A stretch of 64,000 nucleotides of DNA from positions 64,880-128,879 of the forward strand of contig JBBIIG010000005.1 in assembly GCA_037446635.1 (NCBI GenBank), read 5' to 3'. A model generated the notes under the pieces. The model saw only the letters and a list, made by a program, of their open reading frames with translations, was not told the DNA's origin and made no database searches. Made by a program: the position numbers and the translations under genes. Shown here piece by piece: positions 1 to 8,688 of the stretch; positions within the stretch are counted from its first letter, which is position 1, and each line of letters starts with the position of its first letter. The stretch is from a bacterium. Its GTDB lineage: Bacteria > Zhuqueibacterota > Zhuqueibacteria > Oceanimicrobiales > Oceanimicrobiaceae.

Positions 1-2
1 GG

Positions 3-737
3 CGTCAGGGCGTCAAACATGACAATAGCAAGATTTTCGAGTTGGAAAAAGTTGGCGGTAAAACGTACAACGGGTTTGACGAGGAAGTCTGTGTTGAAGA
101 AGAAAGAATCTTCGGGATTGTCAAAAGTTCGGACATAAAAGGTCAAATCATAAGCAGGCCAAGAAAGTACGTTATCATAACTCAAACTTATCTTGGGGAA
201 GACACGTCAAGGTTGTCTGAAAAATTTCCGATGCTTTTCAACTACTTGAATTCTAAGCGAGAATTTCTGGAAAATAGAAAATCGTCGATTTACGCTGGCA
301 AACCGGAATTTTCGATTTTTGGAATCGGAGAATATTCTTTCAAGCCGTTTAAGGTAGCCATTTCTGGATTATATAAAACCCCATCCTTTACTTTGATATT
401 GCCCGAAAACAATAAACCTTTGATGCTCGATGATACTTGTTATTTTTTGAGCTTTGACCAGCTTTCCGATGCGGTGTTCACGTGGTTGCTGCTGAAGGAT
501 AGACGAACCCTCGATCTTTTGAAGTGCATCATTTTCGAGGATGCCAAACGTCCCTACACGAAAGAGATTTTGATGCGGATCGCTCTTGATGAAATCGCCT
601 CCGATGCTGGCTATGATATGATTGCAACTCAGCTTGAGGAATTGCAAAAGCAATTTGAGATTGGATTGGACTATGAGGTTTGGGAGAAGTTTCTGGATAA
701 AATGAAGCGCCATCAGGAGCAGCTTGCTTTGTTTTAA
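3..737 (+). CDS. DNA methyltransferase (restriction-modification type), C-terminal part; 5'-partial
   Basis: The frame is open from the window start (RQGVKHDNSKIFELEK...). RQGVKHD, RKSSIY, FSIFGIGEYSF..KVAISGLYK and LDDTCYF resemble the C-terminal region of adenine methyltransferases. More AT-rich than neighbours. Catalytic motifs would lie upstream of the window. Confidence 0.65.
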   Translation, partial: RQGVKHDNSKIFELEKVGGKTYNGFDEEVCVEEERIFGIVKSSDIKGQIISRPRKYVIITQTYLGEDTSRLSEKFPMLFNYLNSKREFLENRKSSIYAGKPEFSIFGIGEYSFKPFKVAISGLYKTPSFTLILPENNKPLMLDDTCYFLSFDQLSDAVFTWLLLKDRRTLDLLKCIIFEDAKRPYTKEILMRIALDEIASDAGYDMIATQLEELQKQFEIGLDYEVWEKFLDKMKRHQEQLALF

Positions 738-782
738 AAAATTGCAAGTCTAAATTTGGGAAAAGAAAATTCTCAGTGACTT

Positions 783-884
783 GTCATTCCGAACGCCGAC
801 GCCCTTTGTCGGCGGAGGAATCTGGCGGCGCACAGATCGTGCTCAACCAGATTTCTCGCTTCGCTACGCTCAGCTCGAAATGAC
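783..884. repeat. GTCATT...AATGAC palindromic repeat element (REP/MITE-like), copy 1
   Basis: Terminal inverted repeat GTCATT/AATGAC, internal GGAATCTGG/CCAGATTTC stem and a nested GCCGAC..GTCGGC hairpin. Shares GGAATCTGGCGGCGCAC with the copy at 4571. Confidence 0.75.
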
Positions 885-941
885 ACTTCAAAGAGATTGG
901 CTATTAATGAAGAATATTTTTTGAGGACTTGTTCGGAAAAG

Positions 942-1055
942 ATGAAACTTGCAATCATGGGCATTCGGGGTATCCCGGCCAACTACGGTGGATTTGAAAC
1001 CTTCGCGGAGCAGCTCGTGTCACGGCTGGTTTCGGCAAAGTCACAAAAAAAGTAA
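942..1055 (+). pseudogene. Duplicated 5' fragment of the downstream glycosyltransferase gene (37 aa)
   Basis: Translates MKLAIMGIRGIPANYGGFETFAEQLVSRLVSAKSQKK*; the first 25 aa are identical to ORF 1673..2767. Confidence 0.85.
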
Positions 1056-1075
1056 ACTGAAAATGAGGTGATAAA

Positions 1076-1306
1076 ATGCACGAACGTATTTCAATCGACC
1101 CAAAAGTCTGCCACGGCGAAGCCTGCATAAAAGGTACGCGCATTCCCGTGCACCAAATCGTTCGTATGTTGGCCAATGGCGACACAATCGAGGGGCTGCT
1201 GAAAGCCTATCCCTCAATTGAGCGCGAAGATATTCTCGCGTGTTTGGAGTATGCAGCAACTCTTGCAGAAGAACAAGTCGCGCCTATTGAATCGTTGGCA
1301 GAGTGA
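1076..1306 (+). CDS. DUF433 family antitoxin
   Basis: 76 aa with the signature RISIDPKVCHGEACIKGTRIPV...LLKAYPSIEREDILACLEYAA; directly upstream of a PIN-like gene. Confidence 0.92.
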   Translation: MHERISIDPKVCHGEACIKGTRIPVHQIVRMLANGDTIEGLLKAYPSIEREDILACLEYAATLAEEQVAPIESLAE

Positions 1307-1308
1307 AC

Positions 1309-1656
1309 ATGAAAATTTTTGTTGACGAAAACATACCGTCAATAACCGTCGCCGCCCTTCGCCACATGAAACACGATGTGACGGATATTCGCGGAACGCC
1401 GGACGAAGGCATGTCCGATGAGGACTTGTGGAAAAAGGTTCAGAAAGAAGGACGGCTACTCATTACGACAGACAAAGGCTTTTCGCATCATCGCAAAGAA
1501 TCCCATCATGGAATTTTGATTGTTCGTTTGAGGAAACCGAACGAGATCAAAATTCATCAACGGGTGATGCGAGCGATGAACCAATTTAAAGAAAAAGAAT
1601 GGTGCGGGTTGTTAGTTGTGATGCGCGATTCGCTGCAAAGTACTTGGAAGAAGTGA
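1309..1656 (+). CDS. DUF5615 family PIN-like toxin (VapC45-like)
   Basis: MKIFVDENIP...SDEDLW...EGRLLITTDKGF...HHGILIVR pattern; coupled to DUF433. ATG at 1309 preferred over GTG at 1303. Confidence 0.88.
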   Translation: MKIFVDENIPSITVAALRHMKHDVTDIRGTPDEGMSDEDLWKKVQKEGRLLITTDKGFSHHRKESHHGILIVRLRKPNEIKIHQRVMRAMNQFKEKEWCGLLVVMRDSLQSTWKK

Positions 1657-1672
1657 GGAATTAAATCCAACT

Positions 1673-2767
1673 ATGAAACTTGCAATCATGGGCATCCGGG
1701 GCATTCCGGCAAACTACGGTGGATTCGAAACTTTCGCGGAGCAGCTTGCGCCGCGGCTGGTGGAGCGCGGGCACGAGGTGACGGTGTACGGCCGCTCCAA
1801 CACCATCCAATACGACGGCGAATTTTACAAAGGCGTGCGTCTGGTGATTTTGCCGACCATCGCGCATAAGTATTTGGACACCGTCGCGCACACCTTCCTC
1901 TGCGTGCTGCACGCGCTTAAAGAACGCTACGACGCCATCCTCATCTGCAACAGCGCCAACGCCTATTGCGCCTTCATCCCGCGACTGGTGGGCACGCCCG
2001 TGGCCATCAACGTTGATGGCCTCGAGTGGAAGCGCGCCAAGTGGAACAAGTTAGGTCGCTGGTTCTATCTCATCTCTGAGCGGCTGGCCACCTTCACCGC
2101 CAACGAGATCGTCACCGATGCCCGCGAGATCGAAAAGTACTATCTCGAAAAATTCAACAAGCGCTCGACCTTCATTCCCTACGGCACACCCATCGGCAAA
2201 GTGGAAACGAAGGACGCGCTCGACAAATTTGGCCTACAGCCGAATGGCTACGTGCTGTACGTGAGCCGGTTGGAGCCGGAGAACAACGCCCATCTCGTGG
2301 TGAAGGCGTTCGAGCAGGTGAAGACCAATTTGAAGTGCGTCATCGTCGGCGACGCGCCCTACAACGGCGAGTACATTCAGAATTTGAAAAAGACCAGAGA
2401 TCCGCGCATCATTTTTACGGGTTACGTGTTTGGACAGGGCTACCGCGAGCTGCAGTCCAACGCCTATTTTTATGTGCAAGCCACAGAAGTGGGCGGCACC
2501 CATCCCGCGCTTTTGGAGGGCATGGGACACGGCAACTGTGTGTTGGCCAACGATGTCCCCGAGCACCGCGAAGTTTTGGGCGACGCCGGCGTCTATTTCA
2601 ATAGCAAAAAAAATGGCGAACTGGCAGAGAGGATGCAGCATCTGCTGGATCGTCCCCACGAAGTGGCGAAGTACGGTGAGAAAGCCGTGGCGCGCATCCG
2701 CGAGTTTTACACGTGGGAGAAGGTGACGGAGGCGTACGAGTCGTTATTCTCTAAACTGAGTCGGTAG
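1673..2767 (+). CDS. Glycosyltransferase family 4 (DUF1972-type, rhamnosyltransferase-like)
   Basis: N-terminal GIRGIPANYGGFETFAE, NVDGLEWKRAKW, SRLEPENN and EVGGTHPALLE motifs of this GT-B subfamily. Confidence 0.9.
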   Translation: MKLAIMGIRGIPANYGGFETFAEQLAPRLVERGHEVTVYGRSNTIQYDGEFYKGVRLVILPTIAHKYLDTVAHTFLCVLHALKERYDAILICNSANAYCAFIPRLVGTPVAINVDGLEWKRAKWNKLGRWFYLISERLATFTANEIVTDAREIEKYYLEKFNKRSTFIPYGTPIGKVETKDALDKFGLQPNGYVLYVSRLEPENNAHLVVKAFEQVKTNLKCVIVGDAPYNGEYIQNLKKTRDPRIIFTGYVFGQGYRELQSNAYFYVQATEVGGTHPALLEGMGHGNCVLANDVPEHREVLGDAGVYFNSKKNGELAERMQHLLDRPHEVAKYGEKAVARIREFYTWEKVTEAYESLFSKLSR

Positions 2768-2790
2768 GCGATTGCGGCGATTTTCACAAC

Positions 2791-3005
2791 GTGGAGTAAT
2801 GGAGCTTGGAGTGGTGGAGTAATGGATTGATGGATCAATGGATCAATGAAATGAAAATGCAAAGGGCAGATTTCAAAATTCAAAATTTGGTTTCACGTCT
2901 CACGTCTCACAGTTCACGTTCCAAAACTCCATCACTCCATCGCCCCGTCGCTATGCGCCATGCACATTCATCCATTGATCCAGTAATCCATTAATCCATT
3001 AATCC
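2791..3005. repeat. Array of short tandem 7-8-mer repeats in inverted arrangement
   Basis: Left arm (TGGAGTAA/TGGATCAA)n, right arm (TCACTCCA/TTAATCCA)n, with TCACGTC and CAAAATT heptamers between them. Confidence 0.8.
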
Positions 3006-3024
3006 AACCAGAAAGAGGGAGGCC

Positions 3025-4458
3025 ATGCAGAGAACCATTCTAATTTTGCTTACACTTTTCATCCCGCTAAGTTTTGGCTTGTTGACCGCGCAGCCGGCGA
3101 CAAATCAGCAAAGCCTTGTGTTGATTCTCGATGCTTCCGGTTCGATGTGGGAGCAAATTCAGGGCCGGCATAAAATTACCATCGCGCGGCAGGTGTTGAA
3201 AGATTTGGTTGCGGGACTGCCGGACGATTCGGAAATTGGGCTGGTCACGTACGGCCATCGCAGCAAAAGCGATTGCGCCGATATCGAGACGCTAGCGCCG
3301 CTCGCCAAAATCAACAAAGCCGATCTCATCTCCAAAGTGGAGGCGATCAACCCCCTTGGCAAAACTCCCATCACCGATGCCATCAAGCAAGCGTTTGAGC
3401 TGGTAAAAAGCCGGGCTGATGAAACCACCATCGTGTTGCTCAGCGACGGCCTCGAAACCTGCGGCGGCGATCCGTGTCAAACCGTGACCGCGGCGAAGAA
3501 AGCTGGCGCGAATTTTATCATGCACGTCATCGGGTTTGATGTCGGCAAAGTTGACGCCTCGCAGCTCGAGTGCACTGCGCAGGCTGGCGGCGGACTCTAC
3601 CTCAGGGCCAGCAACGCCGATGAGTTGTCCGCTGCATTGAATCAAACGGTCGAAGCGCCAGCGATTCCGAACAGCCGCATCTCGGTGAAAGCCGTTGCCG
3701 ACGGCCAGCTCACCGATGTTTCCGTGCACGTTTACAAAGCCGGCACCAAAGAAGAAGTCGCCGGGGGGCGCACTTACAAATCCCCCGACACCAACCCGCG
3801 GCTGTTGCCAGTGGCGGCCGGGGCGTACGACATCGAAGCGATCGCCATTGGCTTTCGCGGCAACGTGTCGCGCACATTCAAAGGCGTGCAGGTTGGCGAA
3901 AATGCGACCGTCGAAAAGGTGGTGGATTTCAGCACCGGCGAGCTTTCGATTCTGGTGACGCGCAATGGCCAGCTTTCCGACGCCACCGTTGGCGTTTACG
4001 TTGCCGGTACGAATGAAAATGTTGCCAGCGGCCGGACCTATAGATCTGCCAACTCCAATCCCAAAGTGATAAAAATCACTCCGGGCGAATATGACGTTAC
4101 GCTCGGCTCGGTTGAAATCGAGGGCAAGCCGGAGCGGAAAATCACCGGCGTTGTGGTCGAACCGGGAACGCGCGTCGAGCACAAAATTGAATTCGACAGC
4201 GGCACGTTGCGAGTTGGCGCGGTGCAGGGCAGCACATTAGTAGATGCCACGGTCACAGTTTACGACAAAGCGAAACGCCAGCAAATCGCGGCGGGCCGAA
4301 CTTACACCAATGCCAACTCCAACCCGAAGACTTTTGAAATGCCCACCGGCGAATTTGTAGTGGTGGTGAAGCCGGTAAAGCCGGCGGGCAAATCGGCGCG
4401 GGAGATCAGCGTTGTTGTTCGCAAGGGAGAAACGGTGGAGCAGAAGGTGGAGTTTTAG
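3025..4458 (+). CDS. Secreted VWA domain protein with three C-terminal beta-rich repeats
   Basis: Signal peptide, MIDAS motif LILDASGSM, SDGLETCGGDPC; three repeats carrying V..GRTY....NP; RBS GGAGG upstream. Confidence 0.88.
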   Translation: MQRTILILLTLFIPLSFGLLTAQPATNQQSLVLILDASGSMWEQIQGRHKITIARQVLKDLVAGLPDDSEIGLVTYGHRSKSDCADIETLAPLAKINKADLISKVEAINPLGKTPITDAIKQAFELVKSRADETTIVLLSDGLETCGGDPCQTVTAAKKAGANFIMHVIGFDVGKVDASQLECTAQAGGGLYLRASNADELSAALNQTVEAPAIPNSRISVKAVADGQLTDVSVHVYKAGTKEEVAGGRTYKSPDTNPRLLPVAAGAYDIEAIAIGFRGNVSRTFKGVQVGENATVEKVVDFSTGELSILVTRNGQLSDATVGVYVAGTNENVASGRTYRSANSNPKVIKITPGEYDVTLGSVEIEGKPERKITGVVVEPGTRVEHKIEFDSGTLRVGAVQGSTLVDATVTVYDKAKRQQIAAGRTYTNANSNPKTFEMPTGEFVVVVKPVKPAGKSAREISVVVRKGETVEQKVEF

Positions 4459-4466
4459 TGCAGACC

Positions 4467-4510
4467 GCACGGCGCATAGTGCACAGCGCATAGTGCATAG
4501 CGCAGAGTGT
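4467..4510. repeat. Tandem heptamer repeat (GCATAGT/GCACAGC type)
   Basis: GCACGGC GCATAGT GCACAGC GCATAGT GCATAGC GCAGAGT directly after the VWA stop codon. Confidence 0.75.
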
Positions 4511-4570
4511 AAAAGCGCAATCCAGAAATTCAATGATACTTTGATTACGTTTAATCAGCTCTAGCGAATT

Positions 4571-4736
4571 GTCATTCCGAATCCCGACGCTTTTCCGCAA
4601 AGCGGATCGGCTCCGCCGATTGCCGGGTGAGGAATCTGGCGGCGCACGGAAACGTCATTACACACAATCCGTTTTGAGCGAATCGCTGAATTCATTCTGC
4701 GTCGGATTTCTCGACTCCGCGGCGCTAGCAAATGAC
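4571..4736. repeat. GTCATT...AATGAC palindromic repeat element, copy 2, with nested hairpins
   Basis: AATTGTCATT...AATGACAATT termini, GAGGAATCTGGCGGCGCAC core shared with copy 1, and an extra CCCG...CGGG insert. Confidence 0.75.
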
Positions 4737-4786
4737 AATTATTTCGATCTGCGTTAATCTGCGTCATCTGCGTCTGAAGGAGGGAA

Positions 4787-5863
4787 ATGTTAGCCAAACT
4801 AATTTTAGAAGACGGCTCCGTATTTCACGGTGAGGCGTTCGGCAGTCCGACCTCCGTTGCCGGCGAAGTGATTTTCAACACCGGCATGGTAGGGTATCCG
4901 GAGTCGTTCACCGACCCGTCGTACGCGGGGCAGATCCTGATTTTGACCTATCCTTTGATCGGCAACTACGGCGTGCCGTGCCCCCTGCCTGCGCAGGCAG
5001 GCGAAAATAATCTTGACATTCTGAAAACCGACTTCGAGTCCGAGCGCATTCACATTGCGGGACTGGTGGTGTCGGAATACTCGCGCGATTTCAGCCACTG
5101 GAGCGGCCACTCCAACCTCGACGCGTGGCTGAAGGCCAATCACATTCCCGCCATCAGCGGCCTCGACACCCGTTTGCTCACGCAGAAACTGCGCGAGCGC
5201 GGCAGCATGTTGGGCAAGATTGTGGTGCACGAAAAGGATTTGCCGTTTTACGACCCCAATCTCGAAAACTTGGTGGCGCGCGTGGCGCAGAAAAAGTCGG
5301 CGGAATACGGCACAGGCAAGAAACGTGTGCTGCTCATCGACTGCGGCTGCAAGTACAACATCGTGCGCTCGCTGCTGCGGCGCAATGTCGCGGTGCGCAC
5401 GGTGCCGTGGGACTGGGACATCTCCAAAGAGCAGTACGACGGCATCGTCATCTCCAACGGGCCGGGCGATCCGAAAACGGTGGCGGCCACGGTGCGCAGG
5501 GTTCGCGAGGCGTATCAGCAGGACAAGCCGATGTTCGGAATTTGTCTCGGCAGTCAGATCATGGCGCTGGCGGCCGGCGCGGATACCTACAAACTCAAGT
5601 ACGGACATCACAGTCAGAATCAGCCGTGCGTGCTGGTGGGCAGCAAACGCTGTTTCATCACCTCGCAAAATCACGGTTACGCCGTAGACGAACGCTCGCT
5701 GCCGCCGGACTGGGAGCCGTGGTTTTTCAACGCTAATGACGGGAGCAACGAGGGCATTCGCCACCGCACGAAGCCGTTCCGCGCGGTGCAGTTTCATCCG
5801 GAGGCCTCGCCGGGTCCGCTGGATACGGGGTTTCTGTTTGATGAATTTGTAGAAAAGCTTTAA
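4787..5863 (+). CDS. carA: Carbamoyl-phosphate synthase small subunit
   Basis: LILEDG, GEVIFNTGMVGYPESFTDPSY, SNGPGDP, GICLG (catalytic Cys), TSQNHGYAV and QFHPE; RBS AAGGAGG. Confidence 0.97.
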   Translation: MLAKLILEDGSVFHGEAFGSPTSVAGEVIFNTGMVGYPESFTDPSYAGQILILTYPLIGNYGVPCPLPAQAGENNLDILKTDFESERIHIAGLVVSEYSRDFSHWSGHSNLDAWLKANHIPAISGLDTRLLTQKLRERGSMLGKIVVHEKDLPFYDPNLENLVARVAQKKSAEYGTGKKRVLLIDCGCKYNIVRSLLRRNVAVRTVPWDWDISKEQYDGIVISNGPGDPKTVAATVRRVREAYQQDKPMFGICLGSQIMALAAGADTYKLKYGHHSQNQPCVLVGSKRCFITSQNHGYAVDERSLPPDWEPWFFNANDGSNEGIRHRTKPFRAVQFHPEASPGPLDTGFLFDEFVEKL

Positions 5864-6049
5864 TCACGAATGACACAGATGGGCACGAATTTTTTGGTGA
5901 ATCTTGCATGAATGGATCCAACACAGTCTCTGACTGTGTTTAAAATTTCCTGTGGAAGGCTTGAACCACGAATGTCTCGAATTTTTTTAGAAGTGAGCTT
6001 GCAACTGACAAGATATTTGCTACCTTGAGTACGCTTTAGCAAAGGAGGG

Positions 6050-7228
6050 TTAAGCCGCGGCTAATTCATATTCAAATTTTTCCGTCAACCGACTTCTGAA
6101 TTTGTAAAAGCATTCCGCCTGATTTTTGATAAGCTTCTCCAATACGCCTTCCGCCTCCGCCGATTCCTTCAACAAGGTCATCAGCCGTCCAGTATAAAGC
6201 GATTCCAACCCCTTGATCAGCTCGTCCTTGCTTTCGATTTTTTCATAATGATAGAAAATTTCATAAAGAATTTGCATCCACATTTGCGAATCGATGGCAA
6301 CGCTTTGGCGATCATACATCTCGCAAAGTGCGGGCATGAGCTCTGGGCTGAGCGCCGTTTTTAGAAACGGGCGACTGCGGTGAAATTCTCTCAGCGCCGC
6401 CTCCGCCCGGCCGTTGACATGAAGCGCGCTGGCGAAGTTTCTGGAGGGCGATTCGCCAAAGATTTTAAACTCATTGACATCCACCGGCGACAACCAACGT
6501 GCTTTATGAGCGAGCAGCTCATCAAACAGAACGCTCACGACTTGTTTGAAGAGGTTAAAATGTTCAGCAGAATACTTTTTGTGTTTCGGCCCCAGCGCCG
6601 TCTGGCAGCATTCGAAATTTCCTAACAAAGCGTGCAGCGTCATAAAAATATCCACGCCGTCTTGTTGGGCGGCTGCGCTCCAGTTCAGGGAAAGATAATA
6701 TTGCGCCAGCTCCGACGAGATCGCCATCTCGCCGCCGATGGGGTAGCGAATGCGCTTGCCCAATAGGCCATAAATGAACGGGTAACAAATATGACTGCCC
6801 AGGTTTTCATCGCCATCGATGCGGGAGTAAAGCGGAGCGACGAAATCGTAGCCGTAAAGAATGGGCGCGGCGAGGTCGCGGATCCATTCCGGCGTGACGC
6901 TTGCATGATTTGGATCGATAACCACCGCAGCGCGCGCATTCAGCCGAACCATTTCCTGCAACAAAAAATAAATCGCTTGCCCGCGGCCGGCGAGCGCGGG
7001 TTTGGAAATAGTTATGACGGGAACGCCATCGGCTGTTTGTAGATTGGGTCGTCCATTTTGAGAGGGGGATTCGATTTTTACAATCGCGGCTATGAAATCC
7101 GGGAAGTGGTCCCGCAATCCTTTGCTAATCTGACTGATGATCTCGGGCAATATCTTCGCCTCGCGTTGGGGCGGAATTCCGACAATGAGATCGGCGTTTA
7201 TTAAACCTGCTGGATTAAATCGGTACAT
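6050..7228 (-). CDS. GT-A fold glycosyltransferase family 2-like protein (glucosylglycerate synthase-like), motifs degenerate
   Basis: DLIVGIP, TPEWI..L..PIL.GYDFVAPLYSR, IRYPIGGE, GVDIFMT and LGPKHK follow this family. Start placed at ATG 7228 because GAGGAGG precedes it. Confidence 0.7.
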   Translation of the reverse strand: MYRFNPAGLINADLIVGIPPQREAKILPEIISQISKGLRDHFPDFIAAIVKIESPSQNGRPNLQTADGVPVITISKPALAGRGQAIYFLLQEMVRLNARAAVVIDPNHASVTPEWIRDLAAPILYGYDFVAPLYSRIDGDENLGSHICYPFIYGLLGKRIRYPIGGEMAISSELAQYYLSLNWSAAAQQDGVDIFMTLHALLGNFECCQTALGPKHKKYSAEHFNLFKQVVSVLFDELLAHKARWLSPVDVNEFKIFGESPSRNFASALHVNGRAEAALREFHRSRPFLKTALSPELMPALCEMYDRQSVAIDSQMWMQILYEIFYHYEKIESKDELIKGLESLYTGRLMTLLKESAEAEGVLEKLIKNQAECFYKFRSRLTEKFEYELAAA

Positions 7229-7285
7229 CCAGGCCTCCTCGAGGTGCGTGTTCATACGTAGCGATTTTTGACAATCCCGATATTA

Positions 7286-7300
7286 ACAATTCCTGTGCCA
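7286..7300 (-). promoter_or_regulatory. Putative sigma54 -24/-12 promoter
   Basis: Minus strand reads TGGCAC-AGGAA-TTGT about 60 bp upstream of the GT2-like start; one mismatch to TGGCAC-N5-TTGC. Confidence 0.45.
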
Positions 7301-7520
7301 GCCAGTCTTTTCATCAACCCGAATCCGGCGCGAAATAAGTAGTTGTTTTCAAAGCAATTTTTTTTCCAACGAGTTTGTTGATTTTTGTTGAAGGCGCTCA
7401 ACTGCGTTTTCCCGCGAACAGGTGTTTCACAGCGAGGCAAGGGAATCGACACCGGAAATTTTTCTTGGAATTCTCACGGTAATTGGATATTTTGAATAGC
7501 ATTTTACTCGAGGTAATTTC

Positions 7521-7862
7521 ATGTCGAAAGAAGTAGTTATATTCATTACCGCCGGTTCGCAGGCAGAAGCTGAAAAAATTGCACGCCGCCTGGTGGAAGA
7601 AAAATTCGCGGCCTGTGTGAATATCATCCCCGGCGCTGTTTCAGTGTTTCGCTGGGAGGGGAAAGTGAATCAGGAAAATGAAGTTTTGCTTATTGTCAAG
7701 TCGGTGGCGGAGTTGTTGGAAAAGGTGGTTGATCGGGTGAAGCAGCTCCACAGTTATCAGGTTCCGGAGGTTATCGCGCTGCCCATCATTGGCGGCGCGC
7801 CGGATTATCTAAAATGGCTGCGGGAAGAATCCAGCGTTGGCCGCGCTGGCAATCAGGAATAA
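7521..7862 (+). CDS. cutA: Divalent-cation tolerance protein CutA
   Basis: EAEKIARRLVEEKFAACVNIIPG..SVFRWEG...E..LIVK...LHSYQVPEVIALPI. Confidence 0.95.
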   Translation: MSKEVVIFITAGSQAEAEKIARRLVEEKFAACVNIIPGAVSVFRWEGKVNQENEVLLIVKSVAELLEKVVDRVKQLHSYQVPEVIALPIIGGAPDYLKWLREESSVGRAGNQE

Positions 7863-7934
7863 CCCGAGAGGCGTACTGTATATTTTTGGAATGAAAAGAC
7901 GACGAAACTGGTCAAACGTTGGAGAAGTAGTTTT

Positions 7935-8687
7935 TTGGAACTGATCATCCTTGGCAGCGGGGTTGCGGTCATTCAGGCGCGGCGGGGGCCCTCCGGTTAT
8001 ATTTTGAGAAACCAAGACGAGTTATATCTACTCGACGGCGGCAGCGGCGCCTTGCGCCAAGCTGCTGAGGTTGGAATTTCTTATCGGGAGATCGACAAAA
8101 TTTTTTACACGCATTTGCACCCCGATCACACCATTGATTTGGTGCCGTTTTTATTTGCCACCAAGCACACCCCTGGTTTTATTCGGACTGCGCCGCTGGA
8201 AATTTACGGGCCACTGGGATTTACGGAATTTTACCAGCGCTTCACGGAGTTGTTCAGCCGCCGCATGTTGGAAGCGGAATACCAAATCACCGTAATTGAA
8301 TTGGGCGCGCGGCACGTGCCGTTTCCCAATTGGCAGTTGCGGAGCGAGCGGATGCTGCACAGCCACAATGCCATCGGTTATCGATTCGAATCCGGCGGAA
8401 AAATTTTTGTCTATTCTGGCGACACCGACTACTGCGATGGCATTATCCAACTCGCAAACCATGCCGACGTTTTGCTATTGGAATGTTCGTTCCCGGATCG
8501 CCTGAAAGTGAAAGGCCATTTGACGCCGAGCGAAAGCGGGAAGATCGCTGCGGCCGCCGGCGTTAAAAAATTAATTCTGACGCATTTTTATCCGCCCTGC
8601 GATGAGGAAGATATGATATCTCCTTGCCGCAAATTTTTTGATGGCGAGATCGTGTTGGCTGAAGATTTGATGAAAATAAAAATTTAG
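7935..8687 (+). CDS. MBL-fold metallo-hydrolase, RNase Z/BN-like
   Basis: ILGSG, LLDGGSG, THLHPDH (HxHxDH), YSGDT, LECS, GHLTP and LTHFY motifs; TTG start. Confidence 0.88.
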   Translation: MELIILGSGVAVIQARRGPSGYILRNQDELYLLDGGSGALRQAAEVGISYREIDKIFYTHLHPDHTIDLVPFLFATKHTPGFIRTAPLEIYGPLGFTEFYQRFTELFSRRMLEAEYQITVIELGARHVPFPNWQLRSERMLHSHNAIGYRFESGGKIFVYSGDTDYCDGIIQLANHADVLLLECSFPDRLKVKGHLTPSESGKIAAAAGVKKLILTHFYPPCDEEDMISPCRKFFDGEIVLAEDLMKIKI

Positions 8688-8688
8688 C

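Noticed and set aside
773..982. ORFs across palindromic elements (773..982, 4561..4797, 4569..4757, 33941..34360)
   Set aside because: They read through repeat elements or overlap real genes in another frame.
2806..2994. 62-aa ORF MEWWSNGLMDQW...
   Set aside because: It is the translation of the octamer/heptamer repeat array and has no RBS or protein-like composition.
2791..3005. Possible CRISPR array
   Set aside because: Units are 7-8 bp tandem repeats without unique spacers, and no cas genes are in the window.
3292..5797. Long antisense ORFs (3292..4182, 4805..5797) opposite the VWA gene and carA
   Set aside because: Shadow frames of GC-rich coding genes with no recognisable motifs. The same applies to 17039..18037, 40212..41045, 41502..42329, 55510..56478 and similar ORFs.
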